Below are positions 1-13,565 of a stretch of DNA of 64,000 nucleotides, one piece after another (positions within the stretch are counted from its first letter, which is position 1; every line of letters starts with the position of its first letter). The notes under the pieces are model-generated. The model saw nothing but the letters and a program-made list of their open reading frames with translations, was not told where the DNA came from and made no database searches. Made by a program: the position numbers and the translations under genes. This DNA is from Eledone cirrhosa (Eukaryota), in NCBI GenBank assembly GCA_964016885.1, contig OZ024740.1, positions 231,818,001 through 231,882,000 on the forward strand, written 5' to 3'.

Positions 1-822
1 TGACTCCTTAGAGGACGGCTGCTTTAGCAACACTCTCACTTCTGTTACTTCAGTAACCTTAGGTAGCTTACTGATATATTTAGAGCCAAGGTGAGGGTTG
101 ATGCAGTAGATCTATGAGAAAATAAGCACCCGTATATTTTCCAGGTATAGTGTAACTAACAATATATTATCTAAGGTGTCATTTTACAATGATTGGATCG
201 GGTGTTTTCGGGGGATTTAATTGTGATTTCCAGCACTTCTAGAGACCCCATGAAGTCTATTCACCTTGACTTATCTTTAGATAATCTGCTGGTTTCTATC
301 TCCAATTCAGCTGATCAAAAGCTTCGAGACGTCAGCACTGTCACATACTGTATATCTAGGACAATATTTTCCGATGTGCTTTTTTTTTTAGTGCTGTACA
401 CTATAGTTTGGTTTCTATATATATAGCAAGTCAAACATCCTTTTAGAGAATCTCTTTTCTCCAGTTAGTGGTGATCCAGACCATATTTACCTGAATGCAG
501 ATTTTTGACACAAGGTTTAACCTTTTAGGAGAAATTTTAGTTAGATGGCATTCACTCCGGTACTTTACTTTATTTTATTTAAGAATGAAATCAAAGTTGA
601 CCATGACTGGGTTTGAAGTCAGAATATAGAGCAATGTAATTAAATAGCGCAAAGTATTTGTTCATTACTCTATCTACCTTAACATGCTAACCAGAACTCG
701 TCAATATTTCGTTTCAGAAAGACATGGAAAACAGAAATTTCTCTCCACTGACCGCCCGAAAATAGTTCACATTTTACCTGAGTCAACGTTGCACATAAAT
801 TTCTTTATGATAATTTAATCAC

Positions 823-943
823 ATGAAACAATGATCAATAAAATGAAACAATGATCAATAAAATGAAATAATGATCAATAAAATGAAACAATGATCAATA
901 AAATGAAATAATGATCAATAAAATGAAACAATGATCAATAAAA
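823..943. repeat. Minisatellite, 20-bp unit AAATGAAACAATGATCAATA, about 6 copies
   Basis: Direct tandem repetition is visible in the sequence. Confidence 0.9.
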
Positions 944-1072
944 CTAAAAGTGAAAGGCGTGTTCACTGTCTAATTTGTTAAAGTTCATCCAATTCGATTG
1001 GCAGTTCATCTGAGCTAACAATCTGGAAGGGACTTTATGTAGATTTTCCGCTATATTATTATCGTCCTCACT

Positions 1073-1284
1073 ATTATCATCATCATCATCATCATCATCA
1101 TTGTCGTCATCGTCGTCGTCGTCATCGTTATCGTCATCATCATCATCATCATCATCATCATCGTCGTCATCATCATCACCATCATCACCATCGTCATCGT
1201 CATCGTCATCGTCACCGTTATCGTCGTCGTCGTCGTCGTCGTCGTCATCGTCATCATCATCACCATCATCACCATCGTCGTCGT

Positions 1285-1315
<31 letters not shown>

Positions 1316-1458
1316 TCACCATCGACATCATCATCACCATCATCATCACCACCATCATCGTCATCATCACCATCATCATCATCATCATCATCATCACCAA
1401 TACCATCATCATAATCATCACCATCACCACCATCATCATCATCATCACCATCATAATC

Positions 1459-1490
<32 letters not shown>

Positions 1491-1947
1491 CATCATCATC
1501 ACCATCACCATCATCATCACCGTCATCATCATCATCACCACCATCACCATCAGCACCACCACCATCACCACCACCATCATCACCACCCTCATCATCACCA
1601 TCATCACCATCACCACCACCATCATCACCATCATCACCATCACCACCACCATCATCATCACTACCACCATCATCATCATCACCACCACCATCATCATCAC
1701 TACCATCATCATCATCACCATCACCATCATCATCACCACCACCATCATCGTCATCATCACCATCATCATCATCATCATCATCACCAACACCATCACCATC
1801 ATCATCATCATCATCATCACCATCATCATCATCACCACCACCACCATCATCGTCATCATCACCATCATCATCATCATCACCAATACCATCATGATAATCA
1901 TCACCATCACCACCATCATCATCATCATCACCATCACCATCATCATC

Positions 1948-2008
<61 letters not shown>

Positions 2009-2054
2009 CCACCATCATCATCCTCATAATCACCACCACCACCATCATCATCAC

Positions 2055-2107
<53 letters not shown>

Positions 2108-2110
2108 CCA
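1073..2110. repeat. Long compound (CAT)n/(CAC)n/(CGT)n trinucleotide repeat
   Basis: Seen directly; it accounts for the poly-D/H/M ORFs. Confidence 0.95.
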
Positions 2111-2316
2111 TTTAAATGTTGAATATCGTCCGTTGCAACCATATCAAATAACGTGAGTCCAGATTGACAACTTTTACGGCCCTGGACCATAAACATGTGA
2201 CCAACCCATCTGACGTCTTTCACGCAGTGTCCCCAAACAAAATCCAGGAATGTTATAGAAACAAATAAATTTTAACCGGAACCTAGTTTCATTCATTCTA
2301 GACATTGGCTATGTTT

Positions 2317-2557
2317 ACACACACACACACACACACACACAAACATACAGATACAGACACAGACACAGACACACAAACATACAGATACAGACACAGACAC
2401 AGACACAGACACAGACACACACACGCACACACACACACAAACATACAGATACAGACACAGACACAGACACAGACACAGACACACACACGCACACACACAC
2501 ACAAACATACAGACACAGACACAGACACAGACACGCACACACACACACACACACACG

Positions 2558-2633
<76 letters not shown>
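2317..2633. repeat. (CA)n/(CAGACA)n microsatellite
   Basis: Seen directly. Confidence 0.95.
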
Positions 2634-2636
<3 letters not shown>

Positions 2637-2859
2637 TTCGTATTCATTATGTGTTTAAATTTTTGCGCTCTGTCACTATACAGACGAAATTTTTCATCCG
2701 ATTTTACTAGCTCGCTCGAACGTAAAAATGCAAATATTTATTTTCTGATTAGCGTCTGCTTTTGATTTTAGCAAATATGTTAAACATAGAAAGCGGCGTT
2801 TACATTTCTATGTATTTTCAACATAAAAGTAATGTTTCATTCTCATCGTTAACAAAAGC

Positions 2860-3290
2860 ATCGACACAGCCGATATCCCGTCACAATTGTAACCGGCTGG
2901 CCTCCACCATGGTAAAGACTAACGCCCCGACGGGTTAACCCTCTTCTCTTAAGAGAGAGGCAAATCCCTAATTTGAGACGCAATCTGCTGTGACTCGTTC
3001 TCCGCCTGCAAGCCCTGTCGCTTCGGCCACAAAACCGGGCTCCGCTGCTAGCAATGCAGAGGAAAGGAAGATAGTTAAACACCGGGGCCTGATCGAGCAC
3101 TTCCTCTTTGTGCCGGTCTCCGTCAAGTCTCCTGGTGTTCTTGGTCCCTGCATTACTGATTTCTTCCGGAAAATCGGAAAGACAGTAGCCCGCTTGAGGA
3201 AGAAGCCCTGTGAGGTGGGGTGGCTGTTGTAGTGGGTGCCTCTGGCCATTCTCGGCGGTAATACCGTTGTCATTTTTTCAGTGGGTCACA
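2860..3290 (+). mobile_element. Degenerate 3' end of a CRE-clade non-LTR retrotransposon (restriction-like endonuclease domain)
   Basis: Translation through stops gives ADIPSQL*PAGLHHGKD*RPDGLTLFS*ERGKSLI*DAICCDS, then AASNAEERKIVKH...FVPVSVKSPGVLGP...FFRKIGK...LAILGGN. This matches the CRE pattern RPDG..WD.TC.D / AE..K..KY / F.P.A.ETLG / RGNA. Confidence 0.7.
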
Positions 3291-3589
3291 GCTGAAACAC
3301 CGCTCAGATTGTGTCTGTCCTTCCCCGACTCCCTTTCTTTCATTGCTTAGTTATTTTTTCTGTTTCTTCTATTCATTTCCTTTGTTCGTTCTCTTAAATA
3401 GCATGTTTTGTTTTCATATTCATCTGTATTTTTCTTGAAACGTTTCTATCTTCATGTTTGATTATTTCAGGCTAGGCCCACATCACCAACAACCCTAACC
3501 ACAACCCCACTAGGATACTCTTGCCGAAGGCATGAAGCTTGTCCACTTCAACATCAGTGCAACACTCCCGACCAAATCAACAACAAGAT

Positions 3590-4240
3590 ATCAAATCGTA
3601 TGACGTATGGCGGAAAGCCGGTTTAAAGAACGCTTCCAGAATCATCTGTCGACTTTTAGACAACCGGACAAACGATCGTCCAAGAAGCTTGCAAACCACA
3701 TAAGGTTCCTCAAGGATGCAGGCGTGGATTACTCCATCCAATGGAAAGCTATAATAAAATCTAAGCCATACGGAAATGGGAATCCGTTTTGTGGGCTGTG
3801 CATTGAAGAAAGAATTAATATCCTGAGGAGTGGCGTAATAGCGCTTGTCTAAAGACAAGATATGAGTTCTCCTCACGTTGTCCCCATGCTTCGAAACATT
3901 TATTACGTAATTTTAAAGCCCCAGACTAACTATAGGAAGTAACACCCTTAGACCGAATATCATTAATAATCTATTGTATTCTGAGCTTTCACAGTCACCG
4001 GCCAACGTCGATCAAAGGTGAGTTAAAGCTCCTTTGAGAAGAACTTCTTTTGCGCATGTGTATTCGTATAATCGTTTTCCTTTTCCATATTATTTCATTT
4101 CAACGGAGCTGATGATCCGTCTAAGGTGAAACAAATTGTTCTCGGAAATTGTGAATTAACTGTTGTGAAACTACTTCTACAAAACTCGACCCATGGAGTG
4201 AGTGCTCTACAAATACGGATTTAACACACCAGTGTTCTAC
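3590..4240 (+). mobile_element. Penelope-like element 3' fragment: GIY-YIG endonuclease C-terminus plus 3' pseudo-LTR
   Basis: ORF 3607-3852 (FKERFQNHLSTF...LANHI..LKD..VDYSIQW.....PY....FCGLCIEE...I) resembles the PLE GIY-YIG tail of the Neptune type; a hammerhead motif lies downstream. Confidence 0.8.
4106..4143 (+). ncRNA. Minimal type I hammerhead ribozyme motif (family A)
   Basis: GAG CTGATGA TCC-GTCTAA-GGT GAAA CAAATTG TT CTC: stem I GAG/CTC, canonical core, near-palindromic stem III. Confidence 0.7.
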
Positions 4241-4370
4241 TAATACAGTGTTCTACTAATTCATACATTCATGCATGCATACATAACATGCTACAAGCTT
4301 GCGATTATTTTCTCTCAAGTTCCATTTTACGATGTTATGAAAGATATCATTAGTAGTAGGAGAAATACTT

Positions 4371-4423
<53 letters not shown>

Positions 4424-4443
4424 ATAATAATAATAATAATAAT
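4371..4443. repeat. (CTA)n followed by (TAA)n microsatellite
   Basis: Seen directly; it abuts the 3' end of a Tx1-like copy. Confidence 0.95.
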
Positions 4444-4444
4444 G

Positions 4445-4830
4445 ATTTCTTTATTAACCACAAGGGCTTACATAAAGTAGACATTAAGGACAGTGCAGGA
4501 CAATACAGGACGGTACATATGGGCATTTCTGCGTGTAAAAAATAAAAACAGAGGATGTAACAAAAAAAATAACAATGAAAAATTCCCCAATAGGGGGGAG
4601 ACTTCGGAGGGACATTTGTGGAGAAAGCCCAGTAAAAGGCCACAGTGACCCTGACCACCAGTTTTCCACCTTTAATTTACAGATACGTACTCAGAGTAGG
4701 CCCATTCACCCGGGCCATTCTTGCTTCTCTCACCCATCTTTCAACAAAATGCTGGGAAGAGAGCACTTCCCTCTCTACCCTGATTTTCCTTTTCAAATGA
4801 AATTTGAAAAAGTTAATCAGGGCATCACCG
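4445..4830 (-). mobile_element. L1/Tx1-clade LINE, 5'-truncated 3' end
   Basis: Encodes ...FFKFHLKRKIRVEREVLS..FVERWVREARMARV, the same C-terminus as ORF2 at 48.6-51 kb; the 3' UTR ends AATAAAGAAATC(ATT)n. Confidence 0.85.
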
Positions 4831-4848
4831 ATAATAATAATAATAATA

Positions 4849-5680
4849 CTTTCTTTATTAACCACAAGGGTTTACATAAAGTAGACATTAAGGACAGTAC
4901 AGGACAATACAGGACGGTACAAATGGGCATTTCTGCGTGTAAAAAAAACAAAACAGAAGATGTAACAAAAAAATAACAATGAAAAATTCTCCAATACGGG
5001 GGAGACTTCCGAGGGACATTCGTGGAGAAAGCCCATTAAAAAGCCACGGTAACCCTGATCATCAGTTTTCCACCTTCAATTTACAGGCGCATACTAAGAG
5101 TAGGCCCATTCACTCGGGCCATGCTTGCCTCTCTCACCCATCTTTCAACAACATGCTGGGAAGAGAGTACTCCCCTCTCTACCCTGATTTTCCTTTTCAA
5201 ATGAAATTTGAAAAAGTTAATTAGGGCATCACCGAAGAGGTAAGTGCTCGTCTTCAGCTGAAGACGGGCCCAAAGCCAGCCGCCCTCAGGACTGCCGCTA
5301 GGTAACGATGGTCGACCCTATCGAAAGCTTTCGAGTGATCTAAATTGATCAAGGACCCACCGGTACCAGGTTCCCTAGCTACCCTCTCTACGATGTATCG
5401 CATGAGGTGGAGGTTGTCGTGGATGGATCTGTCGGGAATGACGTATGTCTGCGCCTCTCCCACCAGACCAACGACAAGCGTCAACCTCTTTGCTAGCACC
5501 TTGGCCAAAATCTTGAACTCAGTGTTTAGCAGAGTTATGGGCCTGAAATTATCTATGTTATCCTCCTTGTTCGGATCCTTTCTCAGCAGCGCCACAGCTC
5601 CTCAACTCACAGAGCTGGGAATTCTCCCGTTCTGTTGCCAGTTGCAGTAGACGTCCGCCAAGAGGCCTCCGAACAAATTT
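4849..5680 (-). mobile_element. L1/Tx1-clade LINE copy: RT fragment (5257-5680) joined by an internal deletion to the 3' end
   Basis: ORF 5254-5595 contains NFRPITLLNTEFKILAKVLA...DHSKAFDRVDH; the 3' UTR closely matches the neighbouring copies. Confidence 0.85.
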
Positions 5681-5685
5681 AGTGC

Positions 5686-8560
5686 TTTCTTTATTAACCA
5701 CAATGGTTTACACAAAGTAAAACATTAAGGACAATACAGGACAATACAGGACGGTACAAATGGGCATTTTTCGTGTAAAAAATCAAAAACAAAGATGTAA
5801 TAAAAAAAGAAACAATGAAAAATTCCCCAATAGGGGGGAGACTTCTGAGGGACATTCGTGGAGAAAGCCCATTAAAAAGCCACGGTGACCCTGACCATCA
5901 GTTTTCCACCTTCAATTTACAGGCGCATACTCAGAGAAGGCCCATTCACTCGGGCCATGCTTGCCTCTTTCACCCATCTTTCAACAACATGCTGGGAAGA
6001 GAGTACTCCCCTCTCTACCCTGAATTTCCTTTTCAAATGAAATATGAAAAAGTTAATCAGGGCATCACCGAAGAGGTAAGTGTTCGTCTTCAGCCCTTTC
6101 AAACGCGCCCACCACACTATCTCTTTGCCCATGGCCACTAGACAGTTAAAAATTGCCTGCCCTTCCCGGCTAAAGGAAGATGGCCCGTATGGCGAGATCC
6201 AAGCTTCTCCGAAAAAGCACAGCAACTCCTCCCCCCCGATCCTGGATGGCTGGGAGATGCGTATACATCGTAGCCGCCGAAGATCGGTACGAGGCCTCAT
6301 GCTTCGGATATTCTGGTCTCGCTGATGGCCACCACATCTATGTTTAGTGACCTGAGGTCGTTGAGCAGGTGGCCTTGCTTCCATGACGACCCCAGGCCAC
6401 GCACATTTATGCTGCCTATTCTGAGTAAGGTCATGTTGAAAAAGAGTGGAAAAAGATGGGAAAGACCACTTACCTCACTTCTTGTGGAGGAAGCATGGAT
6501 TTTTCCGTCCTTCTCACTGTTGTGGCCCCCTCCGGAAGGATGTCTTTATAAATCCTCATGGAGAGTGTTTGTCGGAAGTCTCCGATGTCCTTAGGGAATT
6601 TTAATTTTAGTGTCGTGTACGTTTTCTGTGTGATGCGAGTGATGTGTATGTGTGGAGGGTGTGTGAACTTTTGGGTTCTTGTGTAGTCTTTTTCTGTGAT
6701 GCTGCTGTTGTGTTGGATGTAGTGTAGTAGTTGGATGTAGTGTTGTAGTTGGATGTAGTGTAATAATTGGTTGTTGTTCAAATTTAATGCTGTGTAGTGT
6801 GTATCGTTTTGGTTGTTTTGTTTTGCGTTTGTTGTGGGTTTGTTTCTGTTTCGCTTTTTGGTAACTTTTGTGGTGTTGGTGATGGTGGTGTTAGGGTTAA
6901 TGATGGTGATGGTATTGGTGTTTGTGGTGATGGGGTTGGTGATGCTGGTGTGGATGGTGGCATAGCTGTCCTAACCTTTTTGTTTGATACTTTATTTGTT
7001 TCCTTCTGTATTTTGTTTTTGGAGGGGGAAGGAAAACGATTTTTTTCTTTTTTGGTTTCTTTTTCTTTTTTTCTTTTTTCCTGATACCGTTTCCCACTCC
7101 TCGTCGTCACAATCTGTCTCCAGTTGCGATGGGTCGAGGAGTGGAAAATCCTCCACAGGCGTTGGTTTTGGTTATGGCGTAGTGGATGGTGTAGGAGCTG
7201 GTGCTAGTTCTGGCGCGTTGGGTGGTGGTGGTGTTGGTTTTTCTACTGTTGCTGGGGTTGTTGCTGCTACAGTTGCTTCTGTTGTTGCTGCTACAGTTGT
7301 TGCTGCCATTTCTGCTGCTGGTGGTGTTGTTGGTTGAGTCACTGGGGTGGGTAAGAGAGATGGCCTCAACTTTTTAGCCTGAGGGCAGAAAGCCCTTAGG
7401 TGGGTTCCTTCACCACAAACGACACACCTAGGCCTTCTACCCTCGACGATTACGGTGAGGTGGCTGCCGTCAGTGAGGTCAATTACCTCTGGGATCTCAA
7501 TGCTTTTTTGGTCCGTTTGGATCAGGAGCTCCATCCCAGATCCGGACCAGCTCTCCTGCTTTTCTTTTGCCATTTCTATTATTCTTGGTGTTGGCCTTGA
7601 TGCCGGCGAGGACGGTAGCCATTAGCCAGGGAATTTCGATGGCAGGTGGGACGTGGGTCACCCTGATCTTTACGAGTCTCTGGCCACAATAGCTTGGGAC
7701 GAGTGTGAAGTCGTCGCTTCTTAATGGGGCCATGGAGTGCTCTCTGGCCTCATGTGGTGTTCCAAAGAACACGTCCATGGTTCCATATTTCTGCCCACGT
7801 CTGATGTGGGGTTTTTTTCCCACACATGTCCCAAAGCTTTTTGGATTTGGGACTCGGATGCCCGTCCCACTCGGCGCGGTTTTATGTTAATCGTCAGATA
7901 AGACACGGTGCATAGGCGCCGATGGTCCATATTATTTGGGGGGGGGGGGGGCGGTAGAGGCTGACCCTGTACCCATCTTTCTTTACCATTTTCTTGGCTT
8001 CATATAATTCCTCCTGAGTTACCTGGATTGTTTCGCATTTTTTGGCTGCTTTGGCAATTGACACGGTGTTGTTATTCTCATTGTTGTTGTTGCTGTTGTT
8101 GTTATTGTTACTTTTGTTATTGTTATTTTTAGTTTCAGTTGTGTTGGTGGTGGCGTCAGTGGTGTTCGCTGTGGAAGAGTCCATTCTGGGTGAATCCATT
8201 TCGATGTCACGAGATAATTTATTTTTTTCTTTTGTTTCTGTTGTCGTTGTGGTGGTGGTGGGGGTGGCGGCTTCAACACCTGCAGTCATTGGTAATGGCG
8301 GGAAATGAATGTCAAATGAGACAAATTTAAATTATTGATACTGCTTATAGTTTTAGTGTTGGCAAACGTAATAATATTTACAATGGTGGTGTTGGTGTGA
8401 GGTGTTAGTTTGTGAGGAAGGCTCTCAGCTGCTTGGTGTAGCTGTGAGTCGTCCATGATTTTTTCAAAGAAATGTTTAGTTTGATAATTATAAAAGTTTA
8501 AATTTTGGGCTCAAGGCCCCAATCTTTTTGAGTGTCCTTTTCCGAAAGCAAATTTTGTGA
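5686..8560 (-). mobile_element. Internally deleted L1/Tx1-clade LINE: 5' UTR, frameshifted ORF1, first codons of the ORF2 endonuclease, then the 3' end
   Basis: ORF1 pieces 8289-6470 include the zinc knuckle CVVCGEGTHLRAFCP; the APE start MTLLRIGSINVRGLGSSWKQGHLLNDLRS..DVVAISETR lies at about 6434-6310 and is fused to the ORF2 C-terminus. Confidence 0.8.
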
Positions 8561-8642
8561 CTTTATAAACAGTTAACAACAAAAATGTTCCATAAATGGC
8601 AATTGTAAACAAACGATGATACGATTTCCTACGTAGGTCGCC

Positions 8643-8688
<46 letters not shown>

Positions 8689-9669
8689 GGAATAAGGGAA
8701 GAAGACGCACGAGGTGGTAGAAGGTCATGAAATCGCTCCCGTAAGTTTTTGATTTTTAACATATTTAAATCAATTGTGAAATAACAATTCTTAGTACAAA
8801 TGTTGCATAAACCACCGAATCAGGTCCAATAAAGTTTCGGATCCATATTATATTGTTGTATCGCTCAAATATTGAATTTTGTATTATATATTTTGTATTC
8901 AAAAAAAGAAAATGGTTATAAATGGGAAAAAAACACCCTCTGTCTACACTATATAGAACAGCCAAATAACAGCAATTTCACCAACACCAGAAACTTGATA
9001 CACCACCTATCCCATCACACTAAATATAACAGCCAGATAACGGCAATTTCACCAGCATCATAATAATAATTACTATTATTATTGTCTCAAATTTTAAAAA
9101 AATGTTTAATTCCAATTTTAAGGGAATATGTCAACACAAAATCTAATAAAAATATATATTAAACATACGAACACAAACTCATAGATACTACATATCAGTA
9201 ACCACAACGCCACCGCTGCCACCACCCCACCCCATCCATCATTGCTACCACTATCCCATCATCGCCGCCACCACTCCTTCAATGCTACCACCACTATTCC
9301 CCTGTTAACTTGAGAGAGAAAGGGGAAGGTGGCGGTATCACTAGATAAGGGAGAGGCTAGCAAAAGATATAAATAGATTGACTTAGTGATCTGGCCACCG
9401 GCCAAACGTCAACATCAACAACTATGGGACTGCTGGCTCACCCCTTCCTCACCAACAATATAAAAAGCCCCGGCACCACCACCGACATAGCCAACAACAA
9501 TAACAGCCAACTACAACAAAAAGTATATTATGTTATTGTAATGCACTGGGTGATTGCTGGCCTTGTGCCTGGAGTGGAGACAATTATTAATAATTTCATT
9601 CTTAAGCCACGCAATGCTCACATTAAGGAACCACTCATGATAATAACAATTTAAAAAAACAACAAAAAG

Positions 9670-12600
9670 AAAACCCCGTGACCAAGAAATACCGGGATGG
9701 CGGCCGGCGGGGAATAGCCGTGTCTCTAGGGGAGAACGACCCCTCTAGTCTTGGTTGACACTCGTTCTAGAAGTGGTAACACGAAATGATTACCCCTTGG
9801 CGGATAAAGATAAAACGCGACAAAATAAAGTAAATGTCTAATGATAAAATCTCATACCGGATCGGCCGTCACCCGGGTCAAAAAGGGCCGCGTCCCTCAG
9901 AGAGGAACCAGACTGGGGTCGAAAAATCAGCTAATGGTTCAAACCTTCCCATCACTTCGGAGCTGGAGACCTCCCATAACCGGAATACTCCTACTGTTGG
10001 CCCTCCATGCTCACCACCAAGAAATCCAAAGAAAAAGAGAGAAAAATGGTCAAGGGAAGATAATAAAGAAGTCCTTGAGGCTTTCTACACTGCCATGTAC
10101 TACCCATCAAATACATCGAATACAGAACAGACATATATCAACTGGAAAAAGAAACATCCCGAAAACAGAGGCTATATTGACAGTAACAAACTAGCCAATA
10201 TACGAAGAAATATTGTAAGAAAAAAGTTACTAACTGATATAGAAATAGATCAAGCTATTAGCACAAAGTCAGCGAAGGGAAAATGAAACATGTGTCAGTG
10301 AAAACGAGGTAAACTGTAACACTTCGAATCCCAGGGTTGGAGCGGAATCACTGGCAACAGAACAAATTAAAGAGAGGATCGAAAAAGTGGAGGGAGTGCA
10401 TGCTCAGGATGAAACTCCAAATGAAAATAATGAGATCGTAAATGATAAAGAAATGAATGAGAATGAACTTGCCAACTTGAAGGATGAAATTATAATCGAA
10501 TGGATGAAAATGAAAGAATCTGACATGGGGCAACGAGACACCCTCCCAAAGATCCAGAACTCCAAACAGAACCAAAAGATAATACACAAGACTAACATAA
10601 TTCTCAAAAACATTATCATCACAAACAAACTAAACATTACTGATTTAAATCATCTCTATTATGCATCGGCTAAAGTCACCACTCACTTATGTGGAGTGAA
10701 GATGAAAAAACAAAGGAATTCCCACAAGAAATCTACTTGGCAAGAGAACATCAATCGCCAAATAAACCTTCTCCGATCTGACATAGAAATTTTAACAAAC
10801 TATAAAGTAGGTGAACATGTTAAACAAACTAAACTTAGAAAATTGAAAAAAAAGTACAGTATAAAATCAACATGTGACATAGACATGCTGATAGAAATAA
10901 TCAAGCAAAAAGTGTCGGCCAAAGCTGCTCGTATAAGGCGCTTTGAAAAACGATCTAGATTCTATAAGGACAATAATATGTTCAAAAACAACCAAAGAAA
11001 CTTCTACAGAAAAATTGGTAAGTCAACAATAACTGCTAAATCAATACCACCCAAGGAGGAAGTGCAAGAATTCTGGGAAAAGATCTGGGCCGAAGAAAAA
11101 GTTCATAACATACATGCCCATGGATAGACAGACAAATGAAAGATACAGCTCACCTTGAGGAACAAACATGGGAAAATATAACAGTTGAACAGTTGCGCTT
11201 GGCTCTAAGAAAAACCAGCAAATGGAAATCCCCAGGAAAAGACAAAATACAAAACTTTTGGATAAATGCCTTCACAGAGTCTCATGAGTTGTTAACCCAA
11301 CTTTACAATGAAATAGTTAAGGAGCCAGAAAAGATACCATCATGGCTAGTTAACGGCATTACATTCCTGCTTCCGAAGAATGATGAGACAAACAATCCCA
11401 AAAATTACAGACCGATAACTTGCTTGACCACAATGTATAAAATTTTAACATCAGTCCTAACTGAATACACATATGACCACCTGATAACAAATGACCTATT
11501 TCCCATTGAGCAGAAAGGGTGTAAACGAGGCTCATATGGCTGTAAGGATCAGCTTCTGGTTAACAAAATGATACTGGAAGATTGTCATAATAGACACAAA
11601 AATCTATCGATTGCTTGGATAGATTATAAAAAAGCATTCGATAGTTTGCCACACAGTTGGATTGAAAAATGTTTAGAGATTTTCAAAATATCCCCCGTTG
11701 TCAGGAGGTTTTTGTCATTCAGTATGAAGACATGGAAAACGACACTCCTTTTGAATAGTGAATCAAAATCACTGGAAGCTGGAGAAGTTAATATTAATTG
11801 TTGAATTTTTCAGGGTGACTCTTTATCACCGCTTTTATTCTGCATCGCACTTATACCATTAAGTAAAATGCTCAATGAAACAAAACATGGATATAAAGTC
11901 TATGACAAAACCATTAATCACTTGTTCTACATGGATGACCTGAAACTATTTGCAAAAAATGATGAACAATTGCAAGGGCTATTATCCACTGTGAAGCAGT
12001 TCAGTGATGACATTAAAATGGAGTTTGGACTAGATAAATGCGCCAAAGCAACGTTCACCAGAGGAAAGCTGCTGAAGAGTTCAGACATTAATCTTGATCG
12101 GGGGAACGTAATAAGAGAACTTGATCAAGAAAAAACTTACAAATATCTAGGTGTTTGTGAAGGAGACGGAATCAAGCACTCGACAATGAGGGAAAGGAAG
12201 GAATAGGATCGATGCCATAAACACGCTTGCCATACCAGTAGTAACCTACAGTTACAATGTCATCAACTGGTCAAGCACAGAGATCCGTAGGCTCGATACA
12301 AAAATTCGAAAATTCATAACCATGCACAGAATGCATCACCCTAAGGCAGATATAGATAGAATATATCTCCCTAGGAAAGAAGGAGGACGTGGGTTAATCC
12401 AGTTAGACATTGCGTTGAAAACTGCAACAATTGGATTATCTACATATCTAAGGGAATCACATGATTGGATGATCAAACTCGTTTTGAAACACGAAAGCAT
12501 CAAAAGATCATATTCCATTACAAAAGATGCACAAAGATACAGTAATGGACTACAAATTTCAGAAGTCCCATTTACTGCTGAAATGGAAAATACAGAAAAA

Positions 12601-13565
12601 GCAAAGCAGGTAAAAGTAACTGCAAAGAAAGAACTGCTACAGAAACTGGCTAAGAAATGGCAAGAAAAGCCTCTGTATGGAAAATACCCAGAGCGAGCTA
12701 ACAATCCTGATGTTGACAAAACTTTAACCCATCAGTGGTTGGCATCCTCTGGACTGAAATCGGAGACTGAAGGACTGATTATATCGGCACAAGATCAGTG
12801 TCTGCCAACAAAAAATTACCAAGCCAACATAATAAAAAATGGGTGCAGCCCATTATGCCGTGTATGCAAAAAACAACCAGAGGCCATTGACCATATAATT
12901 TCAATGTGCAGTCCTATAGCTCCAACCGAATACCTAAACAGGCATGACAGAGCTGCACAATACATACATTGGATAATGTGTAAGCATTTTGACCTGCCCC
13001 ATCAAAAGAATTGGTGGGAGCATCAACCACCTCCCATACTTGAAAAAGATCACATCTCAATCTTGTGGAACTTTAGCATCCAAACAGACCGAAAAATAGA
13101 TGCAAATAGACCTGATATAATATTGAAGGACTTTCAAAAGAGGGTATGCCTGCTAATTGATATGTCTGTTCCAATAGACAAGAATGTATCTATAAAAACA
13201 TTTGAAAAATTGAGCAAGTATAAGGACCTGGAGATAGAAATTGGAAAAATGTGGAAATTGAGAACTAAAACAATACCAGTGGTTGTAGGCGCTCTGGGAA
13301 TGATACCTAAGGGGTCTAATGACTACTTATCGCAAATCCCAGGAAACCCGCGTATAGGAGAAATACAAAAGATTGTACTAATGGGAACTGCCCATATACT
13401 AAGGAAGATTCTGTCAATATAAGTACATCACAAGTCTAAACACTAAAGATGCATGTGTGAATATGTATGTTCTTTCTTGAACATGGCGGACCTTGTTGTC
13501 TCTTGAGGTCACTGGTTGTGACTTGGTGATAACTCGTATGAACATAAAGCAAGATAAATGCAACT

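Noticed and set aside
823-943. Regularly spaced 20-bp repeats resembling a CRISPR array
   Set aside because: There are no unique spacers, no cas genes, and the context is eukaryotic
1051-2223. 390-aa Asp/Gly-rich ORF and overlapping poly-His and poly-Met ORFs
   Set aside because: These are translations of a (CAT)n/(CAC)n repeat that is stop-free in several frames; there is no gene evidence
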